DNA of 64,000 nucleotides from Acholeplasma sp. (GCA_012839355.1 DUNK01000037.1:372-64371), one strand, 5' to 3'; positions 9,512 through 20,960 are shown, numbered from the stretch's first letter. Notes: generated by a model from the sequence alone, not told the origin. Numbers and translations are program-made.

Positions 9512-10884
9512 TTTGCCACCTCATATAAACTTTCGGCGTATATCGCTGTCATTTTTAATAAATCTTCTATTTCAATATATTCATTCTTTTGATGAATGTA
9601 TGATGGTTTACCAGGGAATGTCGGTCCAAACGCTACACTATTAGCCATCGCTCTTGCATAAGTTCCACCACCTGTTGTCAATGGTTTAGCATCTAAATCA
9701 TTAGTATGTTTCTTATAAACATTAAGAAGCGTTTGAATCTCTTTACTATTAGGATCTACATATAACGCTTTTTGATATTTACCTACAGTTACTGTTGCCC
9801 CTAATGAGTTAAAGGCTTTTTTAATCTTTTTAATAAACTCATCATAAGAAACTCCATTAGGATGACGAATATTTAATTCAATTTCAAAAGTATCCTCAAC
9901 TGTTTTAAAGACACCAGCATTAATTGTCACACTACCTGTTTCTTCATCAAAATGATCAACACCTATCTTTTTTCCTTCTAAGTCGTTTAACAGGTATGTG
10001 TTAACTAAATCAATAAAGTCATTATTTAAATCTACTTCATTAAAAAACTCAATTAATAAATAAGCAGCATTAATTCCTTTTTCAGGAAGTGAGCCATGTG
10101 CACTCTTGCCTATAATACTCAAAGAAAGTTTATCATTAACAACTTCTGCTGTACCTTCGTAGTTATGTTTCTTTAAATATTTTAAATATTTATTTTTTAA
10201 ACTAACATCACTTAAAACTGCACAAGCAGCATCTGGTACCATATTCGCTACTAACCCTGAAGAAAACTTAATTAAACCGTTCTTATCATCTACTCTAGTA
10301 GAAACTTTCACATTAACAATTCCTTTTTCAGCGTATGTTAATGGGAAATCAGAATCAGGAATTATCCCAAAAGACGGTTGAGCAGGAAACTTATCAAAAT
10401 AATAACGAATACCTCTCCAACCAGTTTCTTCATCTGTTCCTAAAATAAATTTAATTCTTTTCTTAAGAGGTAATTTTAACTCCTTAATAATTTTCATCGC
10501 ATAATAAGCAGCCATACATGGCCCTTTATCATCTAATGCGCCGCGAGCGTAAATCTTACCATCAACAATCTTTGCAGCATAAGCTGGATAGTCCCACCCA
10601 GAACCCGCTGGTACAACATCTAAATGTCCAGCTATACCGATATACTCTTCGCCTTCACCAAGTTCGATGTGACCAGCATAACCATCAGCATTTAATGTTT
10701 TAAATCCATCTTTTTTCGCTAAATTTAACATATAATTTAGCGCTTCATCAATACCTTCACCGAAAGGCGTTTTTGAATTAGGATTAAATTCTGTTAATTC
10801 TGAGTTAATTTGTAAGAGTTCGACTGTTTTCTCAATTAATTCATCTTTTCTCTTTAATACTTCTTTATAAAAATCAACCTTCAT
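9508..10884 (-). CDS. pepV: M20-family dipeptidase (PepV-like)
   Basis: 458 aa. [20 protein letters not shown] metal-ligand motifs. Strong TAAGGAGG SD. Confidence 0.85.
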   Translation of the reverse strand: MKVDFYKEVLKRKDELIEKTVELLQINSELTEFNPNSKTPFGEGIDEALNYMLNLAKKDGFKTLNADGYAGHIELGEGEEYIGIAGHLDVVPAGSGWDYPAYAAKIVDGKIYARGALDDKGPCMAAYYAMKIIKELKLPLKKRIKFILGTDEETGWRGIRYYFDKFPAQPSFGIIPDSDFPLTYAEKGIVNVKVSTRVDDKNGLIKFSSGLVANMVPDAACAVLSDVSLKNKYLKYLKKHNYEGTAEVVNDKLSLSIIGKSAHGSLPEKGINAAYLLIEFFNEVDLNNDFIDLVNTYLLNDLEGKKIGVDHFDEETGSVTINAGVFKTVEDTFEIELNIRHPNGVSYDEFIKKIKKAFNSLGATVTVGKYQKALYVDPNSKEIQTLLNVYKKHTNDLDAKPLTTGGGTYARAMANSVAFGPTFPGKPSYIHQKNEYIEIEDLLKMTAIYAESLYEVAK

Positions 10885-10979
10885 ATCTCGAACCTCCTTA
10901 AAGTATTATAACAATTTTTACTTTTCTAAACAACAAGAGAAACTATCTATACTTTTTTTAACAAAAAAAAAGAAGCCTT

Positions 10980-11315
10980 TTAATCAGCTTCTTCTTCGCT
11001 TTTAGGACTGGAGAGAAAACTTATTTTTTCCGCAATTACTTCTACCATTTGAATTTGTTGGTCTTGCAGAAAAGTTGTTTTCATTTGCATTCTCCCAGAA
11101 ACGGCAATTTGTGATCCTTTTACACAATAAGTGCTTAACGATTCTGCTAATCCCTGCCATAATGTTATGGGGATAAAATCTGTTTCATAAAGACCATCTT
11201 GATTTTTAAACGGTCTTTGAACCGCAACTGTAATGTTTGACACTTTTTTACCACCATCTAAATCCTTCACAACTGGATCGGCGGTCAGTCTGCCAACTAA
11301 TGAAAAATTGTTCAT
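10980..11315 (-). CDS. ssb: Single-stranded DNA-binding protein, short SsbB-like form without the canonical acidic C-terminal tip
   Basis: OB-fold N-terminus MNNFSLVGRLTADPV. 111 aa ending ...SPKSEEEAD, with no D-D-D-(I/L)-P-F tip. Own promoter TTGACA-N16-TATAAT and AAGGAG SD just upstream. Confidence 0.85.
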   Translation of the reverse strand: MNNFSLVGRLTADPVVKDLDGGKKVSNITVAVQRPFKNQDGLYETDFIPITLWQGLAESLSTYCVKGSQIAVSGRMQMKTTFLQDQQIQMVEVIAEKISFLSSPKSEEEAD

Positions 11316-11408
11316 CTAATCATCTCCTTACGGACTATTATAACGATAGAATTATTCTTGTCAAATCGCTGTTTTACCGCTTATTAAAAGGATTTGTTTT
11401 TGTTTTTA

Positions 11409-11439
11409 GAAAATAAAAGGCCTATTCATTTAGGCCTTT
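11409..11439 (-). terminator. Rho-independent terminator after the ileS-to-M16 peptidase gene string
   Basis: AAAGGCCT-N8-AGGCCTTT hairpin (11416-11439) flanked by A/T runs on both sides, so potentially bidirectional. Confidence 0.7.
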
Positions 11440-11481
11440 ATTTTAAAACTCTTAATTATTCTTTTTTATCTCAATTTTTAG

Positions 11482-12771
11482 TTATTTAGACTTTTTTGGA
11501 TTAATTGTATAAGTAGTTATTACATCACTATTTATTTCTGCAGTTAATGAAAAAACATCTTCTAGTTTAACATCATTGATAATCTTTGGATATTCAAATA
11601 AATCAATACCATATGTTGCTATATCTAAATAGCCATAAGTTATACCTTCAACACTATTAATACTTTTAATAAAAGCACCTTGATTCATTCTTTTAATCAT
11701 TTTAAATCTTTCTTCATTGGCTTTTCTTCTTTTTAAGTTCTTTAGGGTTGTTTGTAAGGTGTTTAATAACACTTCAGGCTTTCTAGTATAACCTGCTATA
11801 TGAAACGATAAATAAGATTTATGTAAGTTAATATAATAGCTAAAACTTCTATTAATTAACTCTTGATCTAACAGTTTTTCATATATTTCACCACTATTAG
11901 AAAAATAATACTCTAACAACATACTTAATTTTAGTGCTTTAATATACTGTTCTCTTAAGTTTTTATTTTCTTCAAACTTAACGCTTAGACCGACTAACGG
12001 TATATTAACATTACCTTCTTCAGATTCTTCTGTTACTACCACTTTTTTAGGTTCATAAGGCTCAAACCTTTTGATGCTTCCGATATTTTTAAATGTTTTC
12101 TTTGCTTGATTATTTTGGATTAATTCTAAATATTCATCAACATCAAAATTACCAGTTACTATTAGTCTCATATTAGATGGATGATAGAAAGTATAATACG
12201 CATTATATAAATCTGTTTTAGTAATTCTTTTTATCTCTTCTTCTGTTCCAATAACATCTTTTTTTAAGTAACAATTTTTATATGTATTTTCTAGTAGTTT
12301 ATTGTAAATTCTCATGGTTGGTTCATCTAAATACATATTAATCTCTTCAGTGATAATTCCTTGTTCGGTTTTAACTATCTTATCAGTAAAATAAGGCATT
12401 TGAACATAATCAAGCAAGTATTCTAAGGCTTCAAGAAAGTTTTCTGTACCTCTAATTAAATAACCTGTTTTATCATGACTAGTAAAGGCATTAGAGTTAA
12501 TCCCCATATCATCAAATACTTGCATCGCATCAATACCACCTGGCATCTTAAATAAAACATGTTCTAAAAAGTGAGCAATACCTGAAGGTTGAATAACTTT
12601 ATTTTTCTTTCCTACTGGGATAAACGCTAAATCCATCCCACCAAAATTAGTTGAAAATACCGCAAATATTTTTTGAAAATCTCTTTTAGGAACTAAAATA
12701 ACTTCTAAACCATTACTTAATGTCTTCTTATAGACTATTTCATTATACTTTTTATATTCTTTAACTATCAT
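11482..12771 (-). CDS. M16-family zinc peptidase (active subunit, YmfH-like)
   Basis: HFLEH (HxxEH inverted zincin motif) at about residue 67. 429 aa. Start overlaps the upstream partner. Confidence 0.85.
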   Translation of the reverse strand: MIVKEYKKYNEIVYKKTLSNGLEVILVPKRDFQKIFAVFSTNFGGMDLAFIPVGKKNKVIQPSGIAHFLEHVLFKMPGGIDAMQVFDDMGINSNAFTSHDKTGYLIRGTENFLEALEYLLDYVQMPYFTDKIVKTEQGIITEEINMYLDEPTMRIYNKLLENTYKNCYLKKDVIGTEEEIKRITKTDLYNAYYTFYHPSNMRLIVTGNFDVDEYLELIQNNQAKKTFKNIGSIKRFEPYEPKKVVVTEESEEGNVNIPLVGLSVKFEENKNLREQYIKALKLSMLLEYYFSNSGEIYEKLLDQELINRSFSYYINLHKSYLSFHIAGYTRKPEVLLNTLQTTLKNLKRRKANEERFKMIKRMNQGAFIKSINSVEGITYGYLDIATYGIDLFEYPKIINDVKLEDVFSLTAEINSDVITTYTINPKKSK

Positions 12772-13979
12772 TCCTTAACCTCCGGTTCTAACATATAAAC
12801 TGTATCTATTTGAACCATCCGGGCCACAGTTAAAATATCTTCTTTTGTAACACTATTAATAACTTTTATCTTCTCTTCTCTTTTAGACTCTTTATTTAAC
12901 AACTTTTGAAGATAGATGTTATTCATCCATCTACCTTGACTATCTTCAAGTTCTTTTAAGTCATTGATAAAATATAATTTTGTTCTTTCTAACTCTTCAT
13001 CGCTGACTAAATTAGTTTGGAGGTCTTTTAACTGTTCATTTATAAGTTTTTTCGCAAGATTAACTTTCTTTTTAGGGACACCTGCATAAACGCATAAAAA
13101 ACCTTTATACGCATCATAACTTGATCTAACAGAGTAACATAAAGAGTGTTTTTCACGAACAATCATAAATAATCTTGAAGAAGAATATCCGCCAAAAATA
13201 GCGTTAAATAACACTGCGGCAGTATATAAATCGTCCTTATAATCAATAGGTAAATTATAACCGATATTTAATTTAACTTGATTGATATCGTCTTGTTCAA
13301 CTATTCGTTTAACTCCGTTAGTGTAGTGTGGTTCATCATCAATCGGATTATGATTATAGTTATTTCTACCTACAAAATATTTACTTATCATCTCTTTAGT
13401 TTTAGAATCAATATCCCCCGATATAACAACATCATAATCGTTATTATTAACCACATTAAAATAATACTCATTTAACTTTTCATATGTTATAGCACTTATA
13501 TCTTCTTTAGTGCTATTTGGTCTTATTGCGTATCTTTCACCTTTAAACATATTTTTAACCAATCTTTCTAAAGCAACATATGTTTTATCGTTTTCTAACT
13601 CTTCTAATCTTTCAAGTAATAAACTTTTTTCTAAGTCAAAATACTTTTTAGGTAACATCTTATGACCAAAAATTAAATCATTTAAAATCTTTAAACTTAA
13701 CTCAAAAAAACCTTCTTCCATATAAGAAGGATTTATAATGTTTAACGAAACATTTAAAACTGAAAGTTTACCAAGTATATAAGTTCTAGCAGAGACTCCA
13801 CTACCATATAAGTTTTCTAATGCTTCATTAAGTTTTTTTCTTGTATTATACAAAGAAGTTGCCGAACTCATCACAGCAGGTAATAAAGCTCTTAAGGCAA
13901 CATTTTCTTCTTTAATCTCTTCTTTAAAACGGATTGAGATAGTTACCGTTTTAAATTTCTTTGTGTTATTTATTATCAT
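12768..13979 (-). CDS. M16-family peptidase-like protein (non-catalytic partner, YmfF-like)
   Basis: 403 aa with insulinase-like layout but no HxxEH. Translationally coupled to the active M16 gene. Confidence 0.7.
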   Translation of the reverse strand: MIINNTKKFKTVTISIRFKEEIKEENVALRALLPAVMSSATSLYNTRKKLNEALENLYGSGVSARTYILGKLSVLNVSLNIINPSYMEEGFFELSLKILNDLIFGHKMLPKKYFDLEKSLLLERLEELENDKTYVALERLVKNMFKGERYAIRPNSTKEDISAITYEKLNEYYFNVVNNNDYDVVISGDIDSKTKEMISKYFVGRNNYNHNPIDDEPHYTNGVKRIVEQDDINQVKLNIGYNLPIDYKDDLYTAAVLFNAIFGGYSSSRLFMIVREKHSLCYSVRSSYDAYKGFLCVYAGVPKKKVNLAKKLINEQLKDLQTNLVSDEELERTKLYFINDLKELEDSQGRWMNNIYLQKLLNKESKREEKIKVINSVTKEDILTVARMVQIDTVYMLEPEVKE

Positions 13980-14689
13980 TAAATAATCTCTAAAGCAATC
14001 TCCATCATATTTGTGAAAGCTTGTTCTCTTTCTTTTGCTGTTGTTAATTCTTTTGTTACCAGTGAATCAGAGATTGTTAAAATACATGCTGCATTTTTGC
14101 CTGAAACTTTCGCATTTGCAAATAAAGCAAATGATTCCATCTCTACACATAAACAACCTTGTTCACTATAAAGTTTTTCGTGAACAGATCCAGTTGGACG
14201 ATAAAACGCATCGCTTGAATGGATTGTTCCTTTATTAATTTTCATATTTAACTTTTTCGCTGCATCTTCTAACTTCTTATTAAGTTTTGCTGATGCTTCT
14301 AATTTGTTAACTTTACCTAAACCGATTAATTCAGCGAATGTTGATTCACTATATGCATCAGTCGCTAAGACAACATCATATAAATTTAACTTATCTGTGT
14401 ATGCTCCTGCTGAACCAACACGAATAATATTTTCAACATCATAAAAATTAAATAACTCATACGAATAAATACCAATTGATGGTTGGCCCATTCCGCTTCC
14501 CATAACTGTTACTTTCTTACCTTTATATGTTCCAGTATAACCAAACATATTACGTGTTTTATTAATTTGAACAACATCTTCTAAATATCTTTCAGCGATA
14601 AACTTAGCTCTTAGTGGATCACCTGGCATTAAAACTGTTTTCGCTACTAAACTTTTATCTTTGACATCAATATGAGGTGTTGGGATCAT
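13979..14689 (-). CDS. deoD: Purine nucleoside phosphorylase DeoD-type
   Basis: MIPTPHI start, [29 protein letters not shown]-like, and EMES motifs. GAAAGGAAG SD precedes the ATG at 14689. The track start at 14716 is a TTG inside deoC. Confidence 0.9.
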   Translation of the reverse strand: MIPTPHIDVKDKSLVAKTVLMPGDPLRAKFIAERYLEDVVQINKTRNMFGYTGTYKGKKVTVMGSGMGQPSIGIYSYELFNFYDVENIIRVGSAGAYTDKLNLYDVVLATDAYSESTFAELIGLGKVNKLEASAKLNKKLEDAAKKLNMKINKGTIHSSDAFYRPTGSVHEKLYSEQGCLCVEMESFALFANAKVSGKNAACILTISDSLVTKELTTAKEREQAFTNMMEIALEII

Positions 14690-15344
14690 TTTTACTACTT
14701 CCTTTCTGTGTAACAATTGCTATTCCACTTGAAGCGCCAATTCTTGTTGCGCCTGCTTTAATCATATTCATTGCATCTTCGTAAGTTCTAACTCCGCCGC
14801 TTGCTTTTACGCCCATTTCTTTGCCAACAGTTTTTCTCATTAATTTTATATCTTCAGCTGTTGCTCCACCTTTAGCGAAACCGGTAGATGTTTTTACAAA
14901 ATCGGCTCCTGCCTCTTTTGCTAACTCACACGCCTTAACTTTTAATTCTTTTGTTAAATTGCAAGTCTCAATAATTACTTTTAAGAGTCTACCTTTACAT
15001 GCTTTTTTTATTTTCTTAATCTCATCTAAGACAATATCATAATTACCATTTAACATTGCATTTTGGTTTATCACCATATCAATCTCATCAGCGCCATCTT
15101 TTATTGCTTGTTTAGTTTCTAAAACTTTAACGCTAGCGCTATGTGTTCCTGCCGGAAATCCCACAACTGTGCAAATTAACACATCTGTGTCCTTTAATGT
15201 TTCTTTAGCATATTTTACATAAATAGGGTCCACACAAACACTCTTAAAGTCATATTTTTTTGCTTCATCAAGAAGTTTTTTAATGTCTTCTAAAGTTACT
15301 GTTGGACCTAACTTTGTATGATCAATATACTTATTTAATTTCAT
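14667..15344 (-). CDS. deoC: Deoxyribose-phosphate aldolase
   Basis: IDHTKL, VCV.P, Schiff-base lysine context [15 protein letters not shown]. Confidence 0.9.
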   Translation of the reverse strand: MKLNKYIDHTKLGPTVTLEDIKKLLDEAKKYDFKSVCVDPIYVKYAKETLKDTDVLICTVVGFPAGTHSASVKVLETKQAIKDGADEIDMVINQNAMLNGNYDIVLDEIKKIKKACKGRLLKVIIETCNLTKELKVKACELAKEAGADFVKTSTGFAKGGATAEDIKLMRKTVGKEMGVKASGGVRTYEDAMNMIKAGATRIGASSGIAIVTQKGSSKNDPNTSY

Positions 15345-15357
15345 ATTTTCACTCCCT

Positions 15358-16236
15358 TTAAAAATCGATAATTTGATCTAAATTAATTCTCTTAAAATGC
15401 TTTTCAACATTAGTGAATTTTGCTTTTTTAAGAGCGGATGCAACCTTTTTTCTATTCTTCTTATTTTCAATTACTTTTGTGTTTTCTAAAAATCCTGGCA
15501 CATTAGTTGTCAGTTTTTCAATCTTCGCAATTAACTCATGATAAGGAATAATTGTTGTTTTTGTTGAGTTATTAGTATTGTAATATACATAGTCAAGATG
15601 TGGAGGGAAAACAGTTAATTTTCCTTCTTGCCAATGAATCGAAAAATACAAGTTTTTATTTTCATCTACAACAATATAATAGTTAGGAACATATACTTCT
15701 TGGTCTCTGTAATATCTTTGTAAACTATATTGTTCATTAACATACTTTAAAATATCATTAAGCTTATCTTTTGGACAAAAATAGATATCATCTAAAAGAT
15801 AATTATATTTCTCTTTAAACGCTTCTTTAGTCATCTCAAAAGATCTAATTACCGTTGGCATTCTTAACTCAATAACATCTTTGAAGTGCTCATTATAAAC
15901 GTAAAAATCAAACTCCTCACAAAGTTTTTTTACAATTTCAAAAATAAAGTTTGCCGCAAAACTTGTTGTCATCACTGGTATTTCTACACGCATATTCACA
16001 TCTAAAAACCTTGGGTTTAGACGGTGCAAATCTCTAACAACACTTTTGTTAGTTAAGATGAATTCTGCTTTACTGGCTAAAATTGGGTTGTTATATAAAA
16101 TCTTAAATTGGTTAGTATATTCGCCGTTGTTTGCATCTTCTCTTGCTTCTGGAATCTCATCAAAAAAAGACAACATCTGTTCGAAGTCGAATTGTCTTGT
16201 CTGCTCTTTGAAGAAATGCAAAACATATTTAACCAT
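15358..16236 (-). CDS. Hypothetical protein (no recognisable family)
   Basis: 292-aa ORF. GGGTGG SD lies in the last codons of surE, and the start abuts the surE stop. Soluble, with a Lys-rich C-terminus. Confidence 0.6.
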   Translation of the reverse strand: MVKYVLHFFKEQTRQFDFEQMLSFFDEIPEAREDANNGEYTNQFKILYNNPILASKAEFILTNKSVVRDLHRLNPRFLDVNMRVEIPVMTTSFAANFIFEIVKKLCEEFDFYVYNEHFKDVIELRMPTVIRSFEMTKEAFKEKYNYLLDDIYFCPKDKLNDILKYVNEQYSLQRYYRDQEVYVPNYYIVVDENKNLYFSIHWQEGKLTVFPPHLDYVYYNTNNSTKTTIIPYHELIAKIEKLTTNVPGFLENTKVIENKKNRKKVASALKKAKFTNVEKHFKRINLDQIIDF

Positions 16237-17028
16237 TTACTTACCACCCTTGTTATTAATTTTACCATATTTAAGATGTTCATTCAATTGTTGGCTAATG
16301 TCATTATTTAACTTTTGACTAAACTCTAATCTTGAACGATCTTCAAAAATTGGTGTAATCGAAATTATCCCATTTCTATAACAATAAACATCGCTATTCT
16401 CTTTTTCAGGAAGATTCATATTTTGATAAATTGCCATATATTTATTAAAACTTTTTCTAATAAATGCAGGCTTATATTTATGTTCTCCCTGAATAGTAAA
16501 CATAACTCCTTTTGGATCAATAAACGTATCCATCGGAAAATTGATATTTAATAAATAATCGCTACTCACTAAGTTATTATCTAAAAGAAACTTAACGAGC
16601 GCTGTTGTATATCTTTCAGACATTTGAAAGTCTCTATAAGGGCTGCTAAGCGCAATCGCTGGTATCCCTAAACTAGCAGCTTCTGATGCTGCACCAATTG
16701 TCCCAGAGCGCGAAACATCTGAACCTAAATTAGCACCTTGATTAATGCCTGATACAACTAAATCAAACTTAATTTTGTCGTAGAAAAACAGGCCTAATCT
16801 TAAACAATCAGCAGGTGTTCCTTTAACTGAATAGGCTCTAACCGCGCCATAAAGATTGCCATAGTTTTTCACTTTCATTTTCTTTCTAAGTGATAAAGCT
16901 TGGCTCATTCCGCTTTGGTGTTTTTCTGGTGCGAATATATAAACTTCACCAAGAGGTTTTAATTGTTCAACTAGTATTTTTAAACCTAATGACAAAATCC
17001 CATCATCATTAACTACTAGTATCTTCAT
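16237..17028 (-). CDS. surE: 5'/3'-nucleotidase SurE
   Basis: MKILVVNDDGI N-terminus and GINQGANLG motif. The start overlaps the ileS 3' end by 20 nt. Confidence 0.9.
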   Translation of the reverse strand: MKILVVNDDGILSLGLKILVEQLKPLGEVYIFAPEKHQSGMSQALSLRKKMKVKNYGNLYGAVRAYSVKGTPADCLRLGLFFYDKIKFDLVVSGINQGANLGSDVSRSGTIGAASEAASLGIPAIALSSPYRDFQMSERYTTALVKFLLDNNLVSSDYLLNINFPMDTFIDPKGVMFTIQGEHKYKPAFIRKSFNKYMAIYQNMNLPEKENSDVYCYRNGIISITPIFEDRSRLEFSQKLNNDISQQLNEHLKYGKINNKGGK

Positions 17029-19726
17029 ATTTCATTTCCTTTAAAACTTCCTCGCATCTTTCGCAAACGCTAATTGAATTTACTTTCTTAACTATATTCC
17101 AACAACGTTCACACTTGTGTCCTTCCGCCTCATAAGCTTCTACTTCTAGCGTTTCGCTTTCTTTAACATTTACTTCAGCAACCATTAAAATTAAAGGTAA
17201 ATCAACTTCTAACTTTTTAATTGATTCCATTAAATCTTTTGGTAGTCCTAAATTTAGGCCTGCCTCTAATGATTTACCGATAACATGTTCTTTTCTTAAC
17301 TCTTCAAGTTTTAATAAAACATCATTTCTTAATTCTAAGAACTTATCAAAATCTTCTAATAATTCTTTTTCCTTATAATGTTCAACATCAGTAAATCTTT
17401 CTAAGTAAACATCTTCTTTAGTCGCATAAGATAAATGCCAGTAAACTTCACTTGTTGTGTGTGGAATAATTGGATTTAACATCAATAATAGTTCATTTAA
17501 GTGATGATAAATAACTGTTTGCATCCCACGTCTTTTCGCACTATCTTGTGCATCAACATATAAAACATCTTTTGCATAATCTAAATAATACGCAGATAAA
17601 GCGTTAATGATATAGTTAGTAATTAATCTATTTACTACATCAAAACGGTAGTTATCATATGCATTAAAGACTTTTTCTTTTAATTCTTGTAGTTTAACTA
17701 ACATCATCTTATCAGTATTAATTAATTTTTCATAAGGAACTAGATTTTCTTTTGGACTAAAATCAAATAAGTTCGCTAACATAAATCTAAATGTGTTTCT
17801 TAACTTACGATAAGTCTCAGTCGCTAATTTAATCGTAGTTTGGCCGAGTTTAACATCGCTCGCATAATCAACTGTTGATACCCAAAGTCTTAAAATGTCT
17901 GCTCCATTTTCTTTCATTATCTTTAGTGGATCAATAACATTTCCTAAACTCTTACTCATAATTCTATTTTTCTCATCTAATACAAATCCATGAGAGATTA
18001 CAGCTTTATATGGACTCTTACCATTTACTGCAACTGAAGTTGTTAAACTTGAGTTAAACCAGCCGCGATATTGGTCACTTCCTTCTAAATATAAATCAGC
18101 AGGAAAATCTATACCATTTCTATTTAAAACTGTATAGCTTGTTCCTGAATCGAACCAAACATCCATAATATCCATTTCTTTTTTAAAGATGCCGTTTGGG
18201 CTACCTGGATGAGTATAGCCTTTAGGAAGTAAATCTTTCGCATCTCTAATAAACCAAGCGTTAGAGCCTTCTTTACCAAAGATTTTCGCAATATGTCTAA
18301 TAATATCAGCATCTAAAATGACTGATTCATCTTCAGCATAAAAGACAGGGATTGGTACACCCCAAACTCTTTGACGGCTAATACACCAATCATTACGATC
18401 CTTAATCATATTGCTAATTCTTAATTCTCCCCACTTTTGAATCCATTCCACTTTTTTAATTTCCGCAAGAATTTCTTCTTTAATCGGTTCAATACTCGCA
18501 AACCATTGTGGAGTAGCTTTAAACATAATTGGCTTTCTTGTTCGCCAGTCATGTGGATAACTATGCTTAATAAAATCAAGTTTTAACAATAAACCTTTGT
18601 TTTCTAACTGTTCAGTTATTAATGGATTAGCTTTCATATAAAACATCCCAGCATAATTTGGCGTATCAGCTGTATAATAACCGGCATCATCAATCGGAAC
18701 TAACACATCTAAATTATATTTTTTACCAACGATAAAGTCTTCTTCACCATGTCCAGGAGCTGTATGAACTAAACCTGTACCATCAACTACTGTCACGTGT
18801 TCACCTAAAATAACCGGTAAAATTTTCTCATCATACAAAGGGTGAACATACTTACTATATTCAAGAACTTCACCTTTATAAGTGTCAATAACTTGATAAT
18901 TCGTTATGTTTAATTCATTCATAACTTTCTCATGTAAATCTTTAGCCATAATTAAAATATCTTTATCAGTCTCCACTGATACATAATCATAATTAGGGTT
19001 AACACTAATTGCCAAGTTAGCAGGGAGTGTCCATGGAGTTGTAGTCCAAAAGACTAGCTTTTGACCTTTAAACTTACCTTCAACAACCGGCACTTGCACA
19101 GTAATTGATGGCGAAGTTACTTCTTCATAAATAATTTCTGCTTCCGCTAAGGCTGATTCGCTTGAAGGTGACCAGTAAACAGGTCTTAAACCTTTATAGA
19201 TTAAACCTCTTTCGACCATCTTCGCAAACACTAATAGTTGCGCTTCTTCAAACTCAGGTTGGAGAGTAATATAAGGTTTATCCCACTCACCTAAAATACC
19301 AATTCTCTTGAATTGTTCTTTTTGCGCATCAATTTGTTTGTTAGCGTATTTTTCGCATAATTTACGATAATCACTAACTAGCATAGTTTTATATGTTATA
19401 CCTTGCTTACTTAAAGCAGATTCAATCGGTAATCCGTGTGTATCCCAACCAGGAATATAGCGAGCATAAAAACCTTTTAGTGTTTTATATCTCACTACGA
19501 AGTCTTTTAAAATTTTATTTAAAGCGTGACCTATATGAATTGGACCATTGGCATATGGAGGTCCATCATGTAAAACGAAACTCTTATTCTTTTCGTTTAA
19601 TTTTAATCCTTTCTCATAAATCTTTAATTCTTCCCACTTAGCTATAATCTCAGGCTCTTTATTACCTAAATTACCTCTCATTGAAAATTCTGTTTTAGGA
19701 AGCAACAATGTATCTTTTAATTCCAT
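17009..19726 (-). CDS. ileS: Isoleucine--tRNA ligase
   Basis: 905 aa. HIGH motif (PYANGPIHIGHA), KMSKS (IMSKSLGN), C-terminal Cys4 zinc ribbon (CERCWN...CERC). Confidence 0.97.
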   Translation of the reverse strand: MELKDTLLLPKTEFSMRGNLGNKEPEIIAKWEELKIYEKGLKLNEKNKSFVLHDGPPYANGPIHIGHALNKILKDFVVRYKTLKGFYARYIPGWDTHGLPIESALSKQGITYKTMLVSDYRKLCEKYANKQIDAQKEQFKRIGILGEWDKPYITLQPEFEEAQLLVFAKMVERGLIYKGLRPVYWSPSSESALAEAEIIYEEVTSPSITVQVPVVEGKFKGQKLVFWTTTPWTLPANLAISVNPNYDYVSVETDKDILIMAKDLHEKVMNELNITNYQVIDTYKGEVLEYSKYVHPLYDEKILPVILGEHVTVVDGTGLVHTAPGHGEEDFIVGKKYNLDVLVPIDDAGYYTADTPNYAGMFYMKANPLITEQLENKGLLLKLDFIKHSYPHDWRTRKPIMFKATPQWFASIEPIKEEILAEIKKVEWIQKWGELRISNMIKDRNDWCISRQRVWGVPIPVFYAEDESVILDADIIRHIAKIFGKEGSNAWFIRDAKDLLPKGYTHPGSPNGIFKKEMDIMDVWFDSGTSYTVLNRNGIDFPADLYLEGSDQYRGWFNSSLTTSVAVNGKSPYKAVISHGFVLDEKNRIMSKSLGNVIDPLKIMKENGADILRLWVSTVDYASDVKLGQTTIKLATETYRKLRNTFRFMLANLFDFSPKENLVPYEKLINTDKMMLVKLQELKEKVFNAYDNYRFDVVNRLITNYIINALSAYYLDYAKDVLYVDAQDSAKRRGMQTVIYHHLNELLLMLNPIIPHTTSEVYWHLSYATKEDVYLERFTDVEHYKEKELLEDFDKFLELRNDVLLKLEELRKEHVIGKSLEAGLNLGLPKDLMESIKKLEVDLPLILMVAEVNVKESETLEVEAYEAEGHKCERCWNIVKKVNSISVCERCEEVLKEMKYEDTSS

Positions 19727-19748
19727 CTATAAATCCCTCACTTTGTAT

Positions 19749-19945
19749 AAAAAAATCCCTAGAAAACTCTAAGGACGAAATTTCGCGGTACCACCTTAGT
19801 TCCGTATAAAATACGACACTCATTTTTAAATTTTACTCATCGGTGATATTTATTAAAAAGTTATGTAAGGCTCACACCATCCCTTACTCGCTTAAATTAA
19901 CTAATTTTTAATAAACTTGTCCGAATCATCGTAAAGATTTAGTTT
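19749..19945 (-). promoter_or_regulatory. T-box riboswitch, Ile specifier (AUC)
   Basis: Minus strand features: GA/K-turn GAUGA...UGAG; specifier loop ending ...U-AUC-A directly before the closing helix CCGA (AUC at 19845-19847); T-box core AAGGUGGUACCGCG (19784-19797); terminator UCCUUAG-N6-CUAGGGA plus U7 (to 19749). Confidence 0.9.
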
Positions 19946-19989
19946 TGGCTAATTATGATTATAACATAATTAACCCCTTTTGTATAATG

Positions 19990-20328
19990 TTAAATAGTTT
20001 TATATTCAGCGACAAATTGTTTTAAAGTGCCATCTTTAAATTCTTGCGCTCTCGCAAACAAAAAGATTCGTGAATTAATCCTTTCTATTTTTCCACCTAC
20101 AGCAAACATTACACCGCTTAAAAATGCGATAACTTTGTTTGCTTCATCAATATCTAACTTCTCAAAATTAACCACTAATGGACTACCGTTAATCAATTCA
20201 TTTGCTAAACTAACGATATAATCATCATCGCCAGTGTCTAAATCTTCAAAAATTATACGCTCAAATGCTGTTTTAACTGTATATTCTTGAAATCGTGGTA
20301 ATTTTGTTTGTTCATCTTTTTTACTCAT
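19990..20328 (-). CDS. sepF: Cell division protein SepF (short form)
   Basis: 112 aa. SepF core pattern ...LINGSPLVVNFEKLDIDEANKVIAFLSGVMFAVGGKIERINSRIFLF. Confidence 0.75.
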   Translation of the reverse strand: MSKKDEQTKLPRFQEYTVKTAFERIIFEDLDTGDDDYIVSLANELINGSPLVVNFEKLDIDEANKVIAFLSGVMFAVGGKIERINSRIFLFARAQEFKDGTLKQFVAEYKTI

Positions 20329-20336
20329 ATTTTCAC

Positions 20337-20960
20337 CTACTTAGTAAATAAACTACCTATTCTAATAAATGTTGCCCCATTTTTAATCCCAATCAAGTAA
20401 TCATCGCTCATCCCAATTGATAGTTCTTTTAAGTTTAATTCTTGACTTAAAGATGCGGCTTCTTTATATATTTTATTTGTTAATTCTAAATTGTTGTAAA
20501 CGCCCATTTGCATTATACCTACTGGTATAATTTTATCATAACTACTGAGCATTTTGTAAAAATCACTTAATTTACTTTTAGATAATCCACTTTTAGTTTT
20601 TTCATTAGCTAAGTTAAGCTGAATAAAACACTTTAAAGGCTCAATTCTCGCTTTATTGATTTCTTTTACTAAACTGATCCGATCTAATGAATGTAAATAC
20701 GTTATTTCGTTAATGATACTCTTTACTTTATTTGATTGTAAGGAGCCAATAAAATGCCAAGTGATATTTAAGTCTTTCAGTGCTGCTTTCTTTTTTAAAA
20801 GTTCATCAGCTCTACTTTCACCAAAGTGTGTAATGCCTAAACTATATAAATATCTCATCACTTCAACACTAATATATTTTGATGCACAAACGATTGTTAC
20901 ATCTTTATCTTTTATGCTTTCTTTTAACTTACTAACATTAGTTTTTATTTTCTCAAACAT
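20337..20960 (-). CDS. YggS/YlmE-family pyridoxal-phosphate homeostasis protein
   Basis: 207 aa. PLP-lysine context VCASKY, HFIGSLQSNK, single-domain alanine-racemase N-terminal fold layout. Sits in the ylmE position next to sepF. Confidence 0.8.
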   Translation of the reverse strand: MFEKIKTNVSKLKESIKDKDVTIVCASKYISVEVMRYLYSLGITHFGESRADELLKKKAALKDLNITWHFIGSLQSNKVKSIINEITYLHSLDRISLVKEINKARIEPLKCFIQLNLANEKTKSGLSKSKLSDFYKMLSSYDKIIPVGIMQMGVYNNLELTNKIYKEAASLSQELNLKELSIGMSDDYLIGIKNGATFIRIGSLFTK

